The position numbers were made by a program, and so were the translations under genes. A stretch of DNA of 63,535 nucleotides, filler included, from Octopus bimaculoides (lineage: Eukaryota), in the NCBI RefSeq assembly GCF_001194135.2. It is 7 parts of 6 records of this genome, joined end to end, with 100 filler letters (N's around TTAATTAATTAA, not from the genome) between each part and the next. Parts side by side here need not be neighbours in the genome. Positions count along the whole stretch, not along the records: positions 60,684 to 63,535 come from NC_068996.1; 6 more parts are not named here. One strand, given 5' to 3'. This document shows, one piece after another, positions 62,133 to 63,535 of this stretch. Within the stretch, counting starts at the first letter, position 1, and each line of letters begins with the position of its first letter. The notes under the pieces are model-generated. The model saw only the letters and a list, made by a program, of their open reading frames with translations. It had not been told where the DNA came from and did no database searches.

Positions 62133-62559
62133 GTTAAGTCAACCGTGTTAGAAATCAAAAATGAGAATGCCACTAAGCCAGCGAGCTTATCGCATTTGTT
62201 ATTTATTGTGTCCAGTCTGTCGCTCTTACAACCCGACCAACAATATATTTTTTTTGCTCTCTAATTACCAGAAGTGCGACGAGGTCAGTTTGGTTAAATA
62301 CCTGGCTCCGCTACACACACACACACACACACACACAAGCATCACAGAATAACTAGAACTTATTAATTCATATAAATTGATTCTCTTAATTTTATCTCTT
62401 CCCACTAACGATGAATCGAATTTTTCTTTTTATTCATCCGTCTTAAAACCAATTACCAACTTTGCTTGACTTCCGTCCTTCGTGACACGAAAATCCAATA
62501 GAAAGAACAATAATTGTTTCTTGCTTAGGTTCAAGGTCAAATAATAATCATGACAATAA

Positions 62560-62570
62560 TAATAATAATG

Positions 62571-62624
<54 letters not shown>

Positions 62625-62658
62625 TCGTTTTATTGGCCACAAGGGCTAAATGATAATA

Positions 62659-62716
<58 letters not shown>
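62560..62716. repeat. (AAT)n and (GAT)n tracts separated by a short LINE-tail motif
   Basis: (AAT)n 62560-62622, TTTTATTGGCCACAAGGGCTAAA 62627-62650, (GAT)n 62660-62716. Confidence 0.9.
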
Positions 62717-62719
<3 letters not shown>

Positions 62720-63535
62720 CTTTATTAAACACAAGGGTTTACATTAAAGGAAAAACATTATGGACAGTACAGGACGAAACAGAGAATGTGTGTGTATGTG
62801 TGTGAGTGTGTGTTAACGTGAGGATTTTGTGTGTAAGCAAGACCAACAAAATTTTTAAAATCAACAATGTGTAATCCTCAATAGGGAGATGTTCAAGGAC
62901 TGCTCATGGAAAAACCCCATAAAAAAAAAACATGGGTGCCCAGACTTTTGGGGCAGTTGCCTTTTTACTTTACCTTTTTTCCAACTACGGGTGTATGCTC
63001 AGGGCAGGCCCATTCCCTCATACCATTCTCCACTTTCATCCACCTTGCAGCAAACTGGTTAGAAGACAACACTTCCTCTTTACCCTTATTTTCCTTTTCA
63101 AGTGAAACTTGAAAAAGTTGACCAGGGATTGATCAAAGAGAAATGTGTTTGTCTTCAATCCCTTCAGTTTCGTCCACCATACGACCTCTTTCCATATGGC
63201 CACCAGGCATATAAACACAACCTTTCCTTCCCGGTAAAGGAAGGCGGTGGGGGCGATCTTTACGATGGATTCAGTTGATAACCGGATCCGTCCTACATGC
63301 GACAGTAGGTGTTTGACATAAACCCACAGGTCAGCAATGCTCGGGCACTGGACGAGTGCATGCAGGACCGTCTCGTCGTCCTTGCGCGCATCTCGGACAT
63401 ACTCGGCTGACGGCACTTCTGTGCCTCTAAAGTTTATCTCGAGCAGGCAGACCTCCCCAGTAGGACTACCAGGCCAGAGATTTTTGGAAACTATCCATTG
63501 GTTCCGGGCTGAAAGTTCTCCGGAAAAGAGCGGCT
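62716..63535 (-). mobile_element. Tx1/L1-type LINE 3' end (ORF2 zinc knuckle and 3' UTR)
   Basis: ...DETVLHALVQCPSIADLW...LVAIWKEVVWWTKLKGL...FFKFHLKRKIRV; ends CCCTTGTGTTTAATAAAGAA-(ATC)n. Confidence 0.88.

Overview
Repeat-saturated, AT-rich animal DNA from a draft assembly with many N gaps. The SINE families, microsatellite load and repeat mix look like an octopus (coleoid cephalopod) scaffold; this is inferred from recognition, not from a search. I cannot identify any host protein-coding gene with confidence. There are two weak plus-strand exon candidates (20964-21103, 61977-62132). Nearly all ORFs in the supplied track are microsatellite, N-gap or antisense artefacts. The recognisable content is decayed mobile DNA. 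It includes a cluster of Penelope-like elements (PLEs) at 0.9-12.1 kb with GIY-YIG, RT and hammerhead-ribozyme (HHR) motifs, more PLE remnants at about 41 and 46.5 kb, two Tx1/L1-type LINE pieces, and an R4/Dong-type LINE 3' region. Also present are mariner, maT (DD37D), pogo and hAT relics, the 5' part of a Helitron with a 23-aa repeat array, and many copies of tRNA-derived SINEs. The most unusual observations are: (1) a 92-bp palindrome with a hammerhead motif on each strand (38809-38900); (2) a 370-bp foldback element whose arms are outward-facing tRNA-like Pol III units (32082-32450); (3) a Naiad-type GIY-YIG domain split by about 115 apparently coding low-complexity codons (9100-9480); (4) a 3' tail shared by a SINE and Tx1-type LINEs. 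Most boundaries were read by eye and are approximate.
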